A DNA stretch of 64,000 nucleotides from a virus, in the IMG/VR virus record IMGVR_UViG_3300010373_000007, positions 1 to 64,000 of that record; one strand, written 5' to 3'. This document shows, one piece after another, positions 18,286 to 27,348 of the stretch (position 1 is the first letter of the stretch; each line of letters starts with the position of its first letter). Position numbers and translations under genes: made by a program. The notes under the pieces were generated by a model. That model was given only the letters and a program-made list of their open reading frames with translations. It had not been told where the DNA came from and searched no databases.

Positions 18286-18954
18286 GACGGCGCCGTCCCT
18301 TCTTCGGGGACTTCTTGACCTCGCGGGCCCCCAGGAACTGCGCGATCATGCCCTTGAGCATCCGAAGATCCGCGAAGTGGTCAAGCACCATCTGCGCGCC
18401 CACGTCCCGCGCCGGCACGCTCACCCGCAGGTCGTCCGGGTCCGGGACGGTTTCCTCCAGGTCGTGGAGCAGGGCGCGCAGGGCGCGCGCGGCGATGACC
18501 GGATAGCGCCGCGCCTTCTCCGCGACGGCTAGAGTTTTTTTTGGATGGCCTCGGTCGAGTACCCGGTGACCCTGCAGATCTCCGAGGCGATCATGGCGCC
18601 GATGAGAGCCCGCTTCGTCAGGAGCTTGACGATGTGCGGCTGGTACTCGGGGTAGAGGACGCAGGTCTTGACCAGGAACTCCTCGGCGATGTCGGTGTTG
18701 CCGAGCGCGCCGCGGTCCGCCTGCTCCCGGTACTGCTTCTGGTACTGGGAGATCTCCTGCTTCGACGCGGGCCGGTAAATGACCCAGTCGTGCGTCTTCT
18801 CGTGCTCGTAGTACCAGAGGTCGTCGGGGTCGATCCCGCGTCCCCGCGAGACGATCGCCTTGATCTCCTTGATGACGTCCTCGCCCGGCGGCGGAACAGA
18901 GTAGGCGGGCAGGCTGGGGGCTTCTTCCTGGGCTGGAACGGCGGCGTTGGTCAT
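18278..18954 (-). CDS. tail assembly chaperone G-T fusion made by -1 programmed frameshift
   Basis: After slippage on A_AAA_AAA the -1 frame reads KKTLAVAEKARRYPVIAARALRALLHDLEE.. to the stop at 18278. This is exactly the C-terminal part of track ORF 18278..18991. Coordinate arithmetic (codon starts move from 0 to 1 mod 3 on the minus strand) confirms the -1 relationship. Confidence 0.7.
18529..18954 (-). CDS. tail assembly chaperone (gpG-like, zero-frame product)
   Basis: 141 aa, acidic, between the tube and tape-measure genes. Ends ..EAIQKKL* with CAA AAA AAA CTC TAG. Confidence 0.8.
   Translation of the reverse strand: MTNAAVPAQEEAPSLPAYSVPPPGEDVIKEIKAIVSRGRGIDPDDLWYYEHEKTHDWVIYRPASKQEISQYQKQYREQADRGALGNTDIAEEFLVKTCVLYPEYQPHIVKLLTKRALIGAMIASEICRVTGYSTEAIQKKL
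18535..18541 (-). promoter_or_regulatory. -1 ribosomal frameshift slippery heptamer A_AAA_AAA
   Basis: T8 run at 18535..18542 on the plus strand equals A8 on the coding strand. The zero frame is CA[A AAA AAA] CTC TAG, an X_XXY_YYZ geometry 2 codons before the stop. Confidence 0.7.
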
Positions 18955-19000
18955 GCCGCCCAGAGTGCGCCAGCGCCAGCCCGCCCGTCAAGGGCGCCTC

Positions 19001-19567
19001 CTAGACCGTGACGATGACGCCGACCTGGCCCTGCGGGGTGTTCTCGTACACGACCGAGACGAAGTCGAGCATGATGTCCATGACGTTGAGCGTGTACTTC
19101 GTCTCCAGTTCCTCGTCGGAACCCGTCTCGATCGACACGCCGTCCTGCTCGATGCGCGCGCCGATCATGTCCAGGCGCGTGGTCCCAAGAGCCGGCTCGA
19201 AGATCGTCGCCGTCAGCTGGAACGTCTGCTGGAACGCGCCCTTGCCGAACGGCTTGCCGGCGTTGGCCAGGTAGATCTCCAAGAGCCGGCTGTCCTCGAA
19301 GTACATCGAGAACTCGGCCGAGGGCTCGAACTTCCCGTTGGTCCGCGTCTGCGGCTTGGAGCGGTGGCTCCAGCCCTTCCCGGGCGTCAGCTTCCGGGTG
19401 TAGGAGAGGCCGGTCCACCCCTGGATGCGCAGGGGCGCGGCGATCGCCGGCGGCGTCGTCTGCCCCGCGACCTGGGGGCCGGTGGCCACGACCGAGACCT
19501 CGACGGAGGTCCGGCTGTACCGGATCCCGTCGGTGTCGGGGTAGTTCAGGAACGGCGTCATGGACAT
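19001..19567 (-). CDS. tail tube protein (contractile tail)
   Basis: 188 aa directly downstream of the sheath gene, with SD GAGGAGG. Size and position match a tube protein. Confidence 0.75.
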   Translation of the reverse strand: MSMTPFLNYPDTDGIRYSRTSVEVSVVATGPQVAGQTTPPAIAAPLRIQGWTGLSYTRKLTPGKGWSHRSKPQTRTNGKFEPSAEFSMYFEDSRLLEIYLANAGKPFGKGAFQQTFQLTATIFEPALGTTRLDMIGARIEQDGVSIETGSDEELETKYTLNVMDIMLDFVSVVYENTPQGQVGVIVTV

Positions 19568-19580
19568 GGTCGGAGCCTCC

Positions 19581-21239
19581 TCAGATCGTGAAGCCGAGCG
19601 TCAGCGCGATCGTCTTGACCTTCGCCTTGGGGACGATCTGGATCGACCACAGGAGCTGCTCGGTCGACAGGATGTTGTTCGTCCGGTTGATCTGGCTGAA
19701 TGCCGCCGTGACGTCCGGGATCGCCTTGTTGATGAGCCGGGCGGCGAGCGCCTGGTTCATGACGCCCTCCAGGCGGGTCGCCTCGCGGTCGTCGACCGTC
19801 CCATTCGCGGGGTTGGTGAGCAGGTCTGCGTTCAGCTGGTTGACGGCGACGCCGACGCCCACCGAGCAGGCGATGTCCATCACGCGGCGGTTCGTCACCG
19901 GCGTGAAGTCGCTGCCATAGTTGGCCATCGTGTTGCCGGTCTCGCAGTAGTACCCGGCCTTGGTGGGACGGGTCGTCGCGCAGGTGAACCGATTCGCCGA
20001 TCCCGACTGCGCCAGGGTCGCCTCGTTGCGGTAGATCGCGACGACGTTGGCCAGCGATCCGAGGCTGGATCCGACGAAGCCCGGGTCTTCCGACGGCTGC
20101 GTGGCCGCGAGGCGGGAGGCGATCGCCACCCCCAGATTCCGGCGGATCTCACGCCCGCGGAACAGCGACGAAAGGTGCAGGACGTCGGAGTAGCAAACCA
20201 TCACGCGCGCGGCGACCGTCGAGGCGAAGGCCGCGAAGACCGTCGTGTCGCTGTTCTCCGCCTGCGTACACTCCACGATGCCCATGGCGTAGCGGAACGC
20301 GGTCGCCATCGAGTCGAGCGAGGACTCCACCGTGGCCGTCATCGAGGCGGCGCCGGCGCTGGTCGACCCCTGCCCGGCGACGTGAACGCCAAACCAGATC
20401 TGGCTCCCCGCCGCCAGCGTGTTCATCGTGTTGCCGATGTCGGTGGTCCCGAAGCCGGCCGTCACGCACGCCATCGCGTAGGTGTCCCCCGCCACGAAGG
20501 TCGAGGCGAACGTCAGGATGATGCCCGTCGCCGGGATCACGTAGACGCCTCCGCTGGGGATCTGGATGGCCGCGCTGTTGGAGTTCCCTCCATCCAGCGA
20601 GTAGGTGAACGTCCCCGCACCGAGGCCGCCGGCGGCTCCGATGGTGACGAGGACCGAGTAGCCGTCGATCGGCGAGCTGGCCTGCGTCACCCAGCCGGCC
20701 GTGCCGGACCCGACGACGGTGATCCCGCCGGCGGTGGTGATCGTCCAGACGTCGCCGCTCGTGTAGGTCTGCGCGGCGAAGGTCAGCGTGGTCATCGTCC
20801 CCGGGACGAGGTAGCTCCACGTGGTCACCGTCGACAGGACCGGCGCCGAGTAGGCCCCGCCGTTGACTGAGAACTCCCACTGGCTGGTGCCCAGCGCGCC
20901 GCCGGTCGAGACCTTGGCGAGGATCTGGTAGGCCGGCCCGAGCGACCCCGTGACGGTCCCCGCGCCGGTGCCGACGTGGGTGGTGGCGCCGATGGTCCCG
21001 GCGACCGACTGGTTGACCGGGATGGCGTAGCAGCTGCCCGCCACGGCGATGGTGTCCGCCACGCACTCGGTCAGGTTCCCCGGGCCGAGGGTGGAGCTTG
21101 CCGTGGGGATGTCCCCGAGGGCGTAGATCGTCCCGACCGTACCGGCCGCGCAGACGCCGGCGTGGACGATGGCGTTCTGGCCGACTGAGTTGATCAGCCC
21201 GAGCCCGCCGTCGAGAACAGTGACAGTGATGTCCGCCAT
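19581..21239 (-). CDS. tail sheath protein
   Basis: 552 aa (MADITVTVLDGGLG..). Conserved-looking C-terminal part (NRRVMDIAC..VNQLNADLL..LWSIQIVPKAKVKTIALTLGFTI). Immediately upstream of the tube gene. Confidence 0.8.
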   Translation of the reverse strand: MADITVTVLDGGLGLINSVGQNAIVHAGVCAAGTVGTIYALGDIPTASSTLGPGNLTECVADTIAVAGSCYAIPVNQSVAGTIGATTHVGTGAGTVTGSLGPAYQILAKVSTGGALGTSQWEFSVNGGAYSAPVLSTVTTWSYLVPGTMTTLTFAAQTYTSGDVWTITTAGGITVVGSGTAGWVTQASSPIDGYSVLVTIGAAGGLGAGTFTYSLDGGNSNSAAIQIPSGGVYVIPATGIILTFASTFVAGDTYAMACVTAGFGTTDIGNTMNTLAAGSQIWFGVHVAGQGSTSAGAASMTATVESSLDSMATAFRYAMGIVECTQAENSDTTVFAAFASTVAARVMVCYSDVLHLSSLFRGREIRRNLGVAIASRLAATQPSEDPGFVGSSLGSLANVVAIYRNEATLAQSGSANRFTCATTRPTKAGYYCETGNTMANYGSDFTPVTNRRVMDIACSVGVGVAVNQLNADLLTNPANGTVDDREATRLEGVMNQALAARLINKAIPDVTAAFSQINRTNNILSTEQLLWSIQIVPKAKVKTIALTLGFTI

Positions 21240-21251
21240 GGTCTGGGTCTC

Positions 21252-21629
21252 CTACCGGAAGATGTTCTTGCCGCGCGCCGGGTCGGTCGCGTCGGCCACC
21301 GCCGTCAAGAAGTCGCCCTCCGACAACTCCTTGCCGACCGGCCAGTTGTGGAACGCGCGCGCGGCCGCGAAGTGCTCGAAGCGCGGGTTGTAGACCCGCC
21401 GCATGACCTTCTTGGGCTTGTCGGCCGGCGATGGCGGCGTCGCGTACTGCGGCGTGTAGCCGTACGCCTCCGCCCACTGCTCGACGGTGACGAACCGCTG
21501 GGCGCGCAGCGCCTTGATGGCGTCGTTCGGCGCTTCGGTGGCGGCCTGGATCTTGGGCGCCGGGTCCTTCTTGGGCGCGACCGCGGGCGCGGCGGGCTTG
21601 GTGTCGGTCTTGATGTCGGCGTCGCTCAT
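21252..21629 (-). CDS. hypothetical structural-module protein
   Basis: Start at internal ATG 21629 (ATGA overlap with the upstream stop), MSDADIKTDTKPAAP.., 125 aa. The rest of the 444-aa track ORF is Arg/Gly-rich shadow. Confidence 0.6.
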   Translation of the reverse strand: MSDADIKTDTKPAAPAVAPKKDPAPKIQAATEAPNDAIKALRAQRFVTVEQWAEAYGYTPQYATPPSPADKPKKVMRRVYNPRFEHFAAARAFHNWPVGKELSEGDFLTAVADATDPARGKNIFR

Positions 21630-22192
21630 GATGGCGTGATCTCCTGGACGAAGGTGCCGGTCCCGTCCTGCGTCGTGGGAGCCACGACAGGCTGCGGCTC
21701 GAAGGTGAACGGGATCTTGACCGTGAACTTCAGGAGGCAGAGCGCCCCCGACTTCGGCTGCCGGTCGACGTTGACCGACCAGAGCGTCGAGCGCGGGTAG
21801 AACCCGTGCGCCGAGAGCTGGACGCGCCCGGCGGCGCAGAAGTGCCCGACCAGCGTCTCGACGTCGCCGAAGATCTTCGCCCAGAAGTAGGCGTCGATCT
21901 CCTCGTCGCGCACCGCGAACTTGAGCGGCTTCTTGATGCCGTGGGCACCGTAGGCGAACGGTGCCGTCTTGAGCAGCGTCACATCGCGCATCCCGTCGCC
22001 CTCGTACGTGATCGATTTCGCGCCGCGCGGGACCCAGATGATCGCCGGCTTCCCCTGCTCCTCCCCGATGTACTTCTCCAGGAGGTCCAGGTGGCGCTCG
22101 CCCAGCTCGTGGCGGACCTGCGGCTGCCCGAGCCCGTTCAGGACGAGCGAGAGCGCCTCCCTGATGTTCGTGAAGCACGCCTCGATGCTCAC
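21626..22192 (-). CDS. tail completion / terminator-position protein
   Basis: Start at GTG 22192 (GTGA overlap). 188 aa (VSIEACFTNIREALSLVLNG..). Lies between the virion-morphogenesis gene and the sheath. Confidence 0.6.
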   Translation of the reverse strand: MSIEACFTNIREALSLVLNGLGQPQVRHELGERHLDLLEKYIGEEQGKPAIIWVPRGAKSITYEGDGMRDVTLLKTAPFAYGAHGIKKPLKFAVRDEEIDAYFWAKIFGDVETLVGHFCAAGRVQLSAHGFYPRSTLWSVNVDRQPKSGALCLLKFTVKIPFTFEPQPVVAPTTQDGTGTFVQEITPS

Positions 22193-22650
22193 GACGCGCC
22201 CCCAAGGTGGTGCCGCACGACCCGGTCCGTGACCTTCTCGAACGCCGGCGCCCAGAGGCCGAGGTCGGTGCCGTCCATCGGGAGCATCGCGCGCGGGCGG
22301 ATGCCGCCCTTCCCGGGGCCCAGGCGCGTTCCGGTCCCCTTCTGCTGGAACCAGGCGTAGGGCGCCGAGAAGCCGACCTCGATGCCGTCGCCGAAGGCCC
22401 GGGAGATCCGGCTGCCGCGCAGTTGGCCCGTGTCGTCCAGCGGCTTCCCGCGGCCGCCTTTGGGACCGAAGCGCTCCACCGGCGCCCAGGCCACGCCCCA
22501 CGGGTCGCGGCTCTGCCGGAACTCGGCCAGCACTTGGCGCTCCGCCTCGATGGCGATGGCGCCGCGCAGATCGGTCGCGAGGTCACCCGAGCCGACGTGG
22601 CCCAGGGCGTCTCGCAGGGGCGACAGATCTCCGGGCATCAGCCGCTCCAC
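22189..22650 (-). CDS. virion morphogenesis / tail completion protein (HK97 gp10, Mu gpG, P2 gpS type)
   Basis: 153 aa. KPLDDTGQLRGSRISRAF and FSAPYAWFQQKGTG fit the remembered family pattern. Confidence 0.7.
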   Translation of the reverse strand: MERLMPGDLSPLRDALGHVGSGDLATDLRGAIAIEAERQVLAEFRQSRDPWGVAWAPVERFGPKGGRGKPLDDTGQLRGSRISRAFGDGIEVGFSAPYAWFQQKGTGTRLGPGKGGIRPRAMLPMDGTDLGLWAPAFEKVTDRVVRHHLGGAS

Positions 22651-23042
22651 ACGCAGTCCGGGAGGACCACCGCCGGCGAGAGCACCGCCGCCACACCGCC
22701 CAGGCCCGCCAGGCTCTGGAGGTAGCGGAACATCTGGCCGTAGCCGTTCCGCATGAACGGGTCGGCCGCCTGGCCATCCAAGAGCTTCGGGTCGCGCGCG
22801 ACCTCCAGGGTAGCGCGCTTCTCGTGCACCCAGTCATTCGTCCCGCGGTCGAGGCCCCGATCGGGGTTGTTCTCGACGATGTAGAACGCCACGCAGTAGC
22901 CCTGCGCGTTCGCCAGGTAGTCGCCGTAGCGCGACCCGTCGATGAACTCGGGCGCGGCGAGCGCGATCGCCGGGGCGATGACGGAATCCGGCTGCGGCTC
23001 GAACTGCGGGAACGCGGTTCGAATCTGCGCGGGCGTCGGCAT
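22638..23042 (-). CDS. head-tail connector protein (DUF4054-like)
   Basis: Start at M22 (MPTPAQIRTAFPQFE..IALAAPEFIDGSRYGDYLANAQGYCVAFYIV). Confidence 0.65.
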   Translation of the reverse strand: MPTPAQIRTAFPQFEPQPDSVIAPAIALAAPEFIDGSRYGDYLANAQGYCVAFYIVENNPDRGLDRGTNDWVHEKRATLEVARDPKLLDGQAADPFMRNGYGQMFRYLQSLAGLGGVAAVLSPAVVLPDCVWSG

Positions 23043-23076
23043 CGTGGCCACGGCGATCGCTCCCCTGGAAATCGGC

Positions 23077-23304
23077 CTACGCCGACTCCTCTTCGTCCGA
23101 GACAACGACGAGGTGCCCAGCCGCGAAGTAGTTCGCGACGACCGGCTTGGCCTTCATGCCGGCGACCTCTTCGGCCGTCGCCTCGCGGACGGCGCCGGGC
23201 CCGATCTTGAAATCGTCGCCCAGGCGCTGCCCGGTGAGAGGGTTGTTCCCGAGGACGCCCGGGATGTCGATGATGTGGGTGGTCGTGTTCTTGATCTTGG
23301 GCAT
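23077..23304 (-). CDS. small head-module protein
   Basis: Start at M31 of the track ORF (MPKIKNTTTHIIDIPGV..). 75 aa, acidic C-terminus. Confidence 0.5.
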   Translation of the reverse strand: MPKIKNTTTHIIDIPGVLGNNPLTGQRLGDDFKIGPGAVREATAEEVAGMKAKPVVANYFAAGHLVVVSDEEESA

Positions 23305-23306
23305 GT

Positions 23307-23705
23307 TCAGGCCGCCTTCCCCTTCTGCTTGTCGTCGTCGATGGTGCGAGCGATCTCCAGGCCCTGCCCGGCCTTGATGTCGCGCCCAAACCACTTCGAG
23401 GCGATGCGGTGGTTCTTCATGATCTGGAGCTGCTCGTCGGTGATGATCGTCTCGGTGGGGCCGCCCTTCTGGTAGCCCTTGTCGCCAGGCTCGCCGCGGG
23501 GCTGGAGGAACTTCGGGAACAGGATGGACTGCTTCTCCATCCGCTCCGTGTACTGGTCCCGAGATTCTCCGGGGCGCTGTTCAAGCATGCTGCGAATGCG
23601 CGCGGCATGCTCCTCCTCTTTCTCGCCCAACTTCTTTTCGAGGTTCGGAACGATGGGGAGGTGGAAGTCGTGCTCCGCGTAGTTGTGGATGACGTGGGTC
23701 TTCAT
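23307..23705 (-). CDS. hypothetical Lys/Glu-rich head-module protein
   Basis: 132-aa ORF downstream of the major capsid gene. No motif recognised. Confidence 0.6.
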   Translation of the reverse strand: MKTHVIHNYAEHDFHLPIVPNLEKKLGEKEEEHAARIRSMLEQRPGESRDQYTERMEKQSILFPKFLQPRGEPGDKGYQKGGPTETIITDEQLQIMKNHRIASKWFGRDIKAGQGLEIARTIDDDKQKGKAA

Positions 23706-23776
23706 GTCCTGGCTCCTTGGTCGGGGCCGGCATCCATCGCCGGCCCCGCCATGGTGTCACAGGCGAGTCGCCGCGC

Positions 23777-24958
23777 CTAGTTGCCGTCCTGGTAATAGAA
23801 CGACGGAGTGCGGCGGACGATGACGCCTGCGTAGCGGTACTGACCTGGGATCTTGACCTTCAGGTTCACCAGCTGGGGAGCCAGGAAGCGCAGCGGCATC
23901 GGGGTGTGCTGCACCAGATCCTGGTCCGTCTTCCGGTAGTAGACCGTGCGGCTGTTGTTCCCCGCGACGCCAGCTGAGGCCGCGTCGAAGCAGGGGCGGA
24001 TGTCGACGTTGACGCCGAGTGCCTGCGCGAAGTTGTTCTTCTTGAGGAACTCCAGCAGCGAGATGAAGAAAGAGCCCGTGGTGCCGGCGGCGGGAGTCGA
24101 CAGCGCGTAGTTCCAGGCGGCCGGAGGCAGGGCGACGGTGTCGGGGATCGTGGTGAACGAGCTGTTCGCGTACACCTGGTAGAGCCCGAAGTTGAAGTCG
24201 CCCAGCAGCTGGATCGGGGTGATGCCAGACGTCGCCGACCACGCCAGGCCCGAGGGGCTGGCCGCGTGCGTGACGTTGGCGTTGTTCAGGAACCCGGTCA
24301 GGTTCCCGACGGTCTCCCCGAGCAGGCCGACCTCCGAGAGGTGCCGCTCGTACGCCTCGATCGCGGCCGCCATGCGGCGCTCCGAGATCGGCCGGCGCAG
24401 GAACGCTGCCTGAAGCAGCTCGATCGTCGTGTATTCGTAGCCGATGCCGCCCGTGTACACGTTCTGGGTGCCGTCGGCGTAGAAAGCGTCCGCCGTCGGG
24501 ATGTCGTCCCCGGCGCTGTTGACGCGCTTCGCCTTGCCCACCCGGTCGTAGATCTCCCAGCGGATGACCTCGGCCGCCTCGCCCGCCGAGTATTCCTGCG
24601 GGACGAAGTCCTTGTTCTGCATCGGCTGGTAGTAGCGCTCATACAGACCCGCCTCGGTGTAGGCCAGCTGCGAGATGAGGAACACCAGCGCCTCCTGCGC
24701 ATCCTTCGCGCCGAAACGGTTGTTCCGGGTCATCTCCCGGCCCTTGCCCGCATTGATCCCGATGCCGTCCGAGATCGCCGACCACTCGTCATGGATCTGG
24801 AGGTAGCGGTCGGGATCGATGTGGACATGCCCGCACTCGTAGCCGAGTCCGTTGCCGTTCGAGTCGCGACCGCGCCACTTGGCGCCGCAGCTTCCGATCT
24901 CTGCCTCGCGGGGGAGCCCGCTCACCGAGTCGGCGACCTGGATTTTCCGAGCGTTCAT
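23777..24958 (-). CDS. major capsid protein (DUF2184-type) with a 75-aa N-terminal extension
   Basis: The core from M76 (MTRNNRFGAKDAQEALVFLISQLAYTEAGLYERYYQP..) fits the DUF2184 capsid pattern. Strong SD AAGGAGAACACG precedes ATG 24958, and the extension has high GC3. Confidence 0.85.
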   Translation of the reverse strand: MNARKIQVADSVSGLPREAEIGSCGAKWRGRDSNGNGLGYECGHVHIDPDRYLQIHDEWSAISDGIGINAGKGREMTRNNRFGAKDAQEALVFLISQLAYTEAGLYERYYQPMQNKDFVPQEYSAGEAAEVIRWEIYDRVGKAKRVNSAGDDIPTADAFYADGTQNVYTGGIGYEYTTIELLQAAFLRRPISERRMAAAIEAYERHLSEVGLLGETVGNLTGFLNNANVTHAASPSGLAWSATSGITPIQLLGDFNFGLYQVYANSSFTTIPDTVALPPAAWNYALSTPAAGTTGSFFISLLEFLKKNNFAQALGVNVDIRPCFDAASAGVAGNNSRTVYYRKTDQDLVQHTPMPLRFLAPQLVNLKVKIPGQYRYAGVIVRRTPSFYYQDGN

Positions 24959-24997
24959 CGTGTTCTCCTTGTTCGTGTCCGGGTTGGCGCCGCTCGA

Positions 24998-25540
24998 CTA
25001 GGTCGAGGTGGTCACGTCGCCGACGTACTTGATCCGCATCCGGCCAACGGTGCCGGTGGTGACGTTGTCGACCCAACCCGTGCCCGTAAGCGCGAGCCGC
25101 GTGGCCGAGGTGGCGCCGCCCTCGATGGAGCCGAGCGCGCCCGCGGATCCGTTGCCGGCGCCGCCCGACTGGAGGCCGTAGCACTGCTGCCGGGCCTTCA
25201 CGGTCTCCGCCGCAAGGGCGAAGACCGTCCCGTCGATGCAGATCGGAACCGACTTGTACTGGGCGAAGTTGACGGTCGACAGGGTGTCGGCGTCGCTCGA
25301 CGAGGTCATCGTCGGGAGGCGGACCGAGATCCCCGTGAACAGGTCCGTGCTCGCGTGCTGCGGGCGGCACTGCTCCGGGTCATCCCCGATGGCCCAGAAG
25401 ACGGCCACGCCGAAGTCGATGGCGGTGGCGGACAGGTTGATGCGCGAGATGATCTGCGCGGTCTCCAGGTCAGCGACCTGGCCCGCGATCCCCGCGCTCA
25501 GGAGCGCGCCGCCGGTGGTGGAGAGAGTTGCCTGGGACAT
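24998..25540 (-). CDS. capsid decoration/cement-position protein
   Basis: ATG 25540 with SD GAGGAGAA. 180 aa, Gly/Ala/Thr-rich. Sits between the scaffold-like and capsid genes. The rest of the 347-aa track ORF is Arg/Gly shadow. Confidence 0.65.
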   Translation of the reverse strand: MSQATLSTTGGALLSAGIAGQVADLETAQIISRINLSATAIDFGVAVFWAIGDDPEQCRPQHASTDLFTGISVRLPTMTSSSDADTLSTVNFAQYKSVPICIDGTVFALAAETVKARQQCYGLQSGGAGNGSAGALGSIEGGATSATRLALTGTGWVDNVTTGTVGRMRIKYVGDVTTST

Positions 25541-25587
25541 GGTGTTCTCCTCGTTTCCTTCCTGGGTTCGTTTCCCGGCCGAGCCGG

Positions 25588-27006
25588 CTAGTTCTTGCCC
25601 TCGACCGGGCGGCCGACCGTCCGCGAGTCCTGCGCGTTGCGCTGGAGGAACAGATCGCGCCCGAAGGTGCCGCCGCCGTTGCCGCCGCCGCCCGCCGCCC
25701 CGATGGCGTCGCCGAGCAGGGCGCGCGAGATGCGCTTGTCGCCGCCGTCGTCGCCGGCCGATACCGTGCGCCCCCCCAGCTTGACGAGGGTCCGGAGGAT
25801 CCGGGCCGCGTCCTTGGCGGAGAGCTTCTCGACCTTCACGCCGTCGAGCTGCTCGGTGACGATGTCGGCCAGCGCCTCGTCCTTTGCGGCGGCGCCGATG
25901 GCCGCCAGGCGGATGTCGTGGACCGACTTCCCCTTGGCGTCGAACTCGTCGCCCGCGAAGACCTTGGCGGCCTCCAGGACGGCGGCGCGCTCCTCGGCGA
26001 GCTTCTCGTGGGCCGAGGTGTCCTCGGCCTTGGCGCGCCACTTCTTGGCGGCGTCGAGGGCGCGGCGGAGCCGGTACTTCCAGGTCGGCTTGCCGTCCTT
26101 GGTGTAGCCGACCTTGTGGCCGTCCTTGGCCTTCTTGGCGCCGCCCTCCTCCTCCTCGGCGGCTTCCATCTCGGCGGTCTCGCCGTGCTCGGGGTCGGCC
26201 ACGTCCTCCATGTCGTCGTCGTCCGCGGCCTCCTCCATGCCGGACTTGTACTCGTCGAACGACTTCTTGAGGGCGTCGTGGTCCTTCGCCAGCTTATCGT
26301 AGGCGTCTTTGGCCGCCTCGATCCCGTGCTTGTGCAGATCGAAGGCGTCCTGGACCTTGCGCGCGGTGGGGGCGTCGGCGATCTCGATCTCCTGGTCCAT
26401 GCCGGAGACGGTGATCTTGCCGATGGCGGTGTCCGAAGCCTTGAGACGAATGAGCATGGTCTGTTCTCCCTTTCGGTCAGCGATCCGAACGCGCGAACCG
26501 GCGCGCCCGCGATCCACAATCGCGACGTGATTCCCCTCGATGTCCCGCTGGACGGCGTCGTACTGCTCGCCCGCGGGCGTGGTCCCGGACGTCATGTCCA
26601 GGTTGAACTCGTACCCGCAGGACAGCTCCGCCTTGCCGTCCTTCACCAGGTCGATCTGGTCCTGGTCCCGGACGATGATGACGGCCTCCGTGAACTCGCC
26701 CGCCATCGCGCAGTCGCGAACGTCCCCCTTCGCCAGGAGGTGCCAATTCACGGCATCCACGCCGTTCGGCGGGTGCTCGTTCGTCACCGTCACCGACTCG
26801 AAGGTCTTGACGGCCTTGGCTACCTCCTCGGGCGGGCGCCAGAGCCGCATCGGCTTGTCCCCGCCGTCGAGCCCCAGTTCCCGGCACGAGTAGATCTGGA
26901 TCCCGGTTCGGTTGATCTTGGCCGGCGCTCGCAGGAACCCCGTGCCAGGGAGGATCTCCCTGGACGCCGGAAGGTCGTAGAAGTCGCGAACCTTGCACCG
27001 CTGCAT
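25588..27006 (-). CDS. DUF2213-type scaffold(/protease) protein
   Basis: Start at M15. PAKINRTGIQIYSCRELG..VTVTNEHP..GNHVAIVDRGRAG. Strongly acidic coiled-coil middle (EEAADDDDMEDVADPEHGETAEMEAAEEEEGG). Basic C-terminus. Confidence 0.8.
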   Translation of the reverse strand: MQRCKVRDFYDLPASREILPGTGFLRAPAKINRTGIQIYSCRELGLDGGDKPMRLWRPPEEVAKAVKTFESVTVTNEHPPNGVDAVNWHLLAKGDVRDCAMAGEFTEAVIIVRDQDQIDLVKDGKAELSCGYEFNLDMTSGTTPAGEQYDAVQRDIEGNHVAIVDRGRAGSRVRIADRKGEQTMLIRLKASDTAIGKITVSGMDQEIEIADAPTARKVQDAFDLHKHGIEAAKDAYDKLAKDHDALKKSFDEYKSGMEEAADDDDMEDVADPEHGETAEMEAAEEEEGGAKKAKDGHKVGYTKDGKPTWKYRLRRALDAAKKWRAKAEDTSAHEKLAEERAAVLEAAKVFAGDEFDAKGKSVHDIRLAAIGAAAKDEALADIVTEQLDGVKVEKLSAKDAARILRTLVKLGGRTVSAGDDGGDKRISRALLGDAIGAAGGGGNGGGTFGRDLFLQRNAQDSRTVGRPVEGKN

Positions 27007-27153
27007 CTGCTCCGGTCCCGACTGTGCGGGGATCTGAGATCCGCCCACAAGGCCGCGCCGCGCCGCGCGCGTCGATTCTCAGGAGGGTCCGCCGACCGTC
27101 AGCGGGCCGCCACGCGATTGTCTTCGGGTTCGGTCCCTGGTACCGTTTTCCCC

Positions 27154-27348
27154 ATGAGCGAGCCTGCCACCGCCAAGAAGGTCCCGAACCACGTCATCCT
27201 CCGCATCGCCGGCGAGGTCCCGGCCGATCCAGCAACGGTCCGGAAGGTCCTCGCGGGCCAGCCGGTGCGCGGGTCAGTCTACTCGCGGATCTGCGCCGCG
27301 CTCACGAAGTCGGGGATCTCGTTCCCGGCTCCGGTCGAGGCCGAGTGA
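27154..27348 (+). CDS. small HTH-like protein on the opposite strand inside the head module
   Basis: 64 aa (MSEPATAKKVPNHVILRIAG..). ADPATVRKVLAGQPVRGSVYSRICAALTKSG resembles a LacI-type HTH. In frame with the tail of track ORF 25528..27348. Confidence 0.5.
   Translation: MSEPATAKKVPNHVILRIAGEVPADPATVRKVLAGQPVRGSVYSRICAALTKSGISFPAPVEAE

Noticed and set aside
18278-18991. 237-aa track ORF as an independent gene.
   Set aside because: Its N-terminal two-thirds are Arg/Pro/Gly shadow overlapping the gpG-like gene. Only the part downstream of the A8 slippery run is protein-like, and it is in the -1 frame, which fits a G-T frameshift extension.
21252-22586. 444-aa and 291-aa track ORFs (21252..22586, 21626..22501) as single large genes.
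   Set aside because: Only their C-terminal parts are protein-like. ATGA and GTGA overlaps at 21629 and 22192 divide the region into three compact genes consistent with the neck/tail-completion module.
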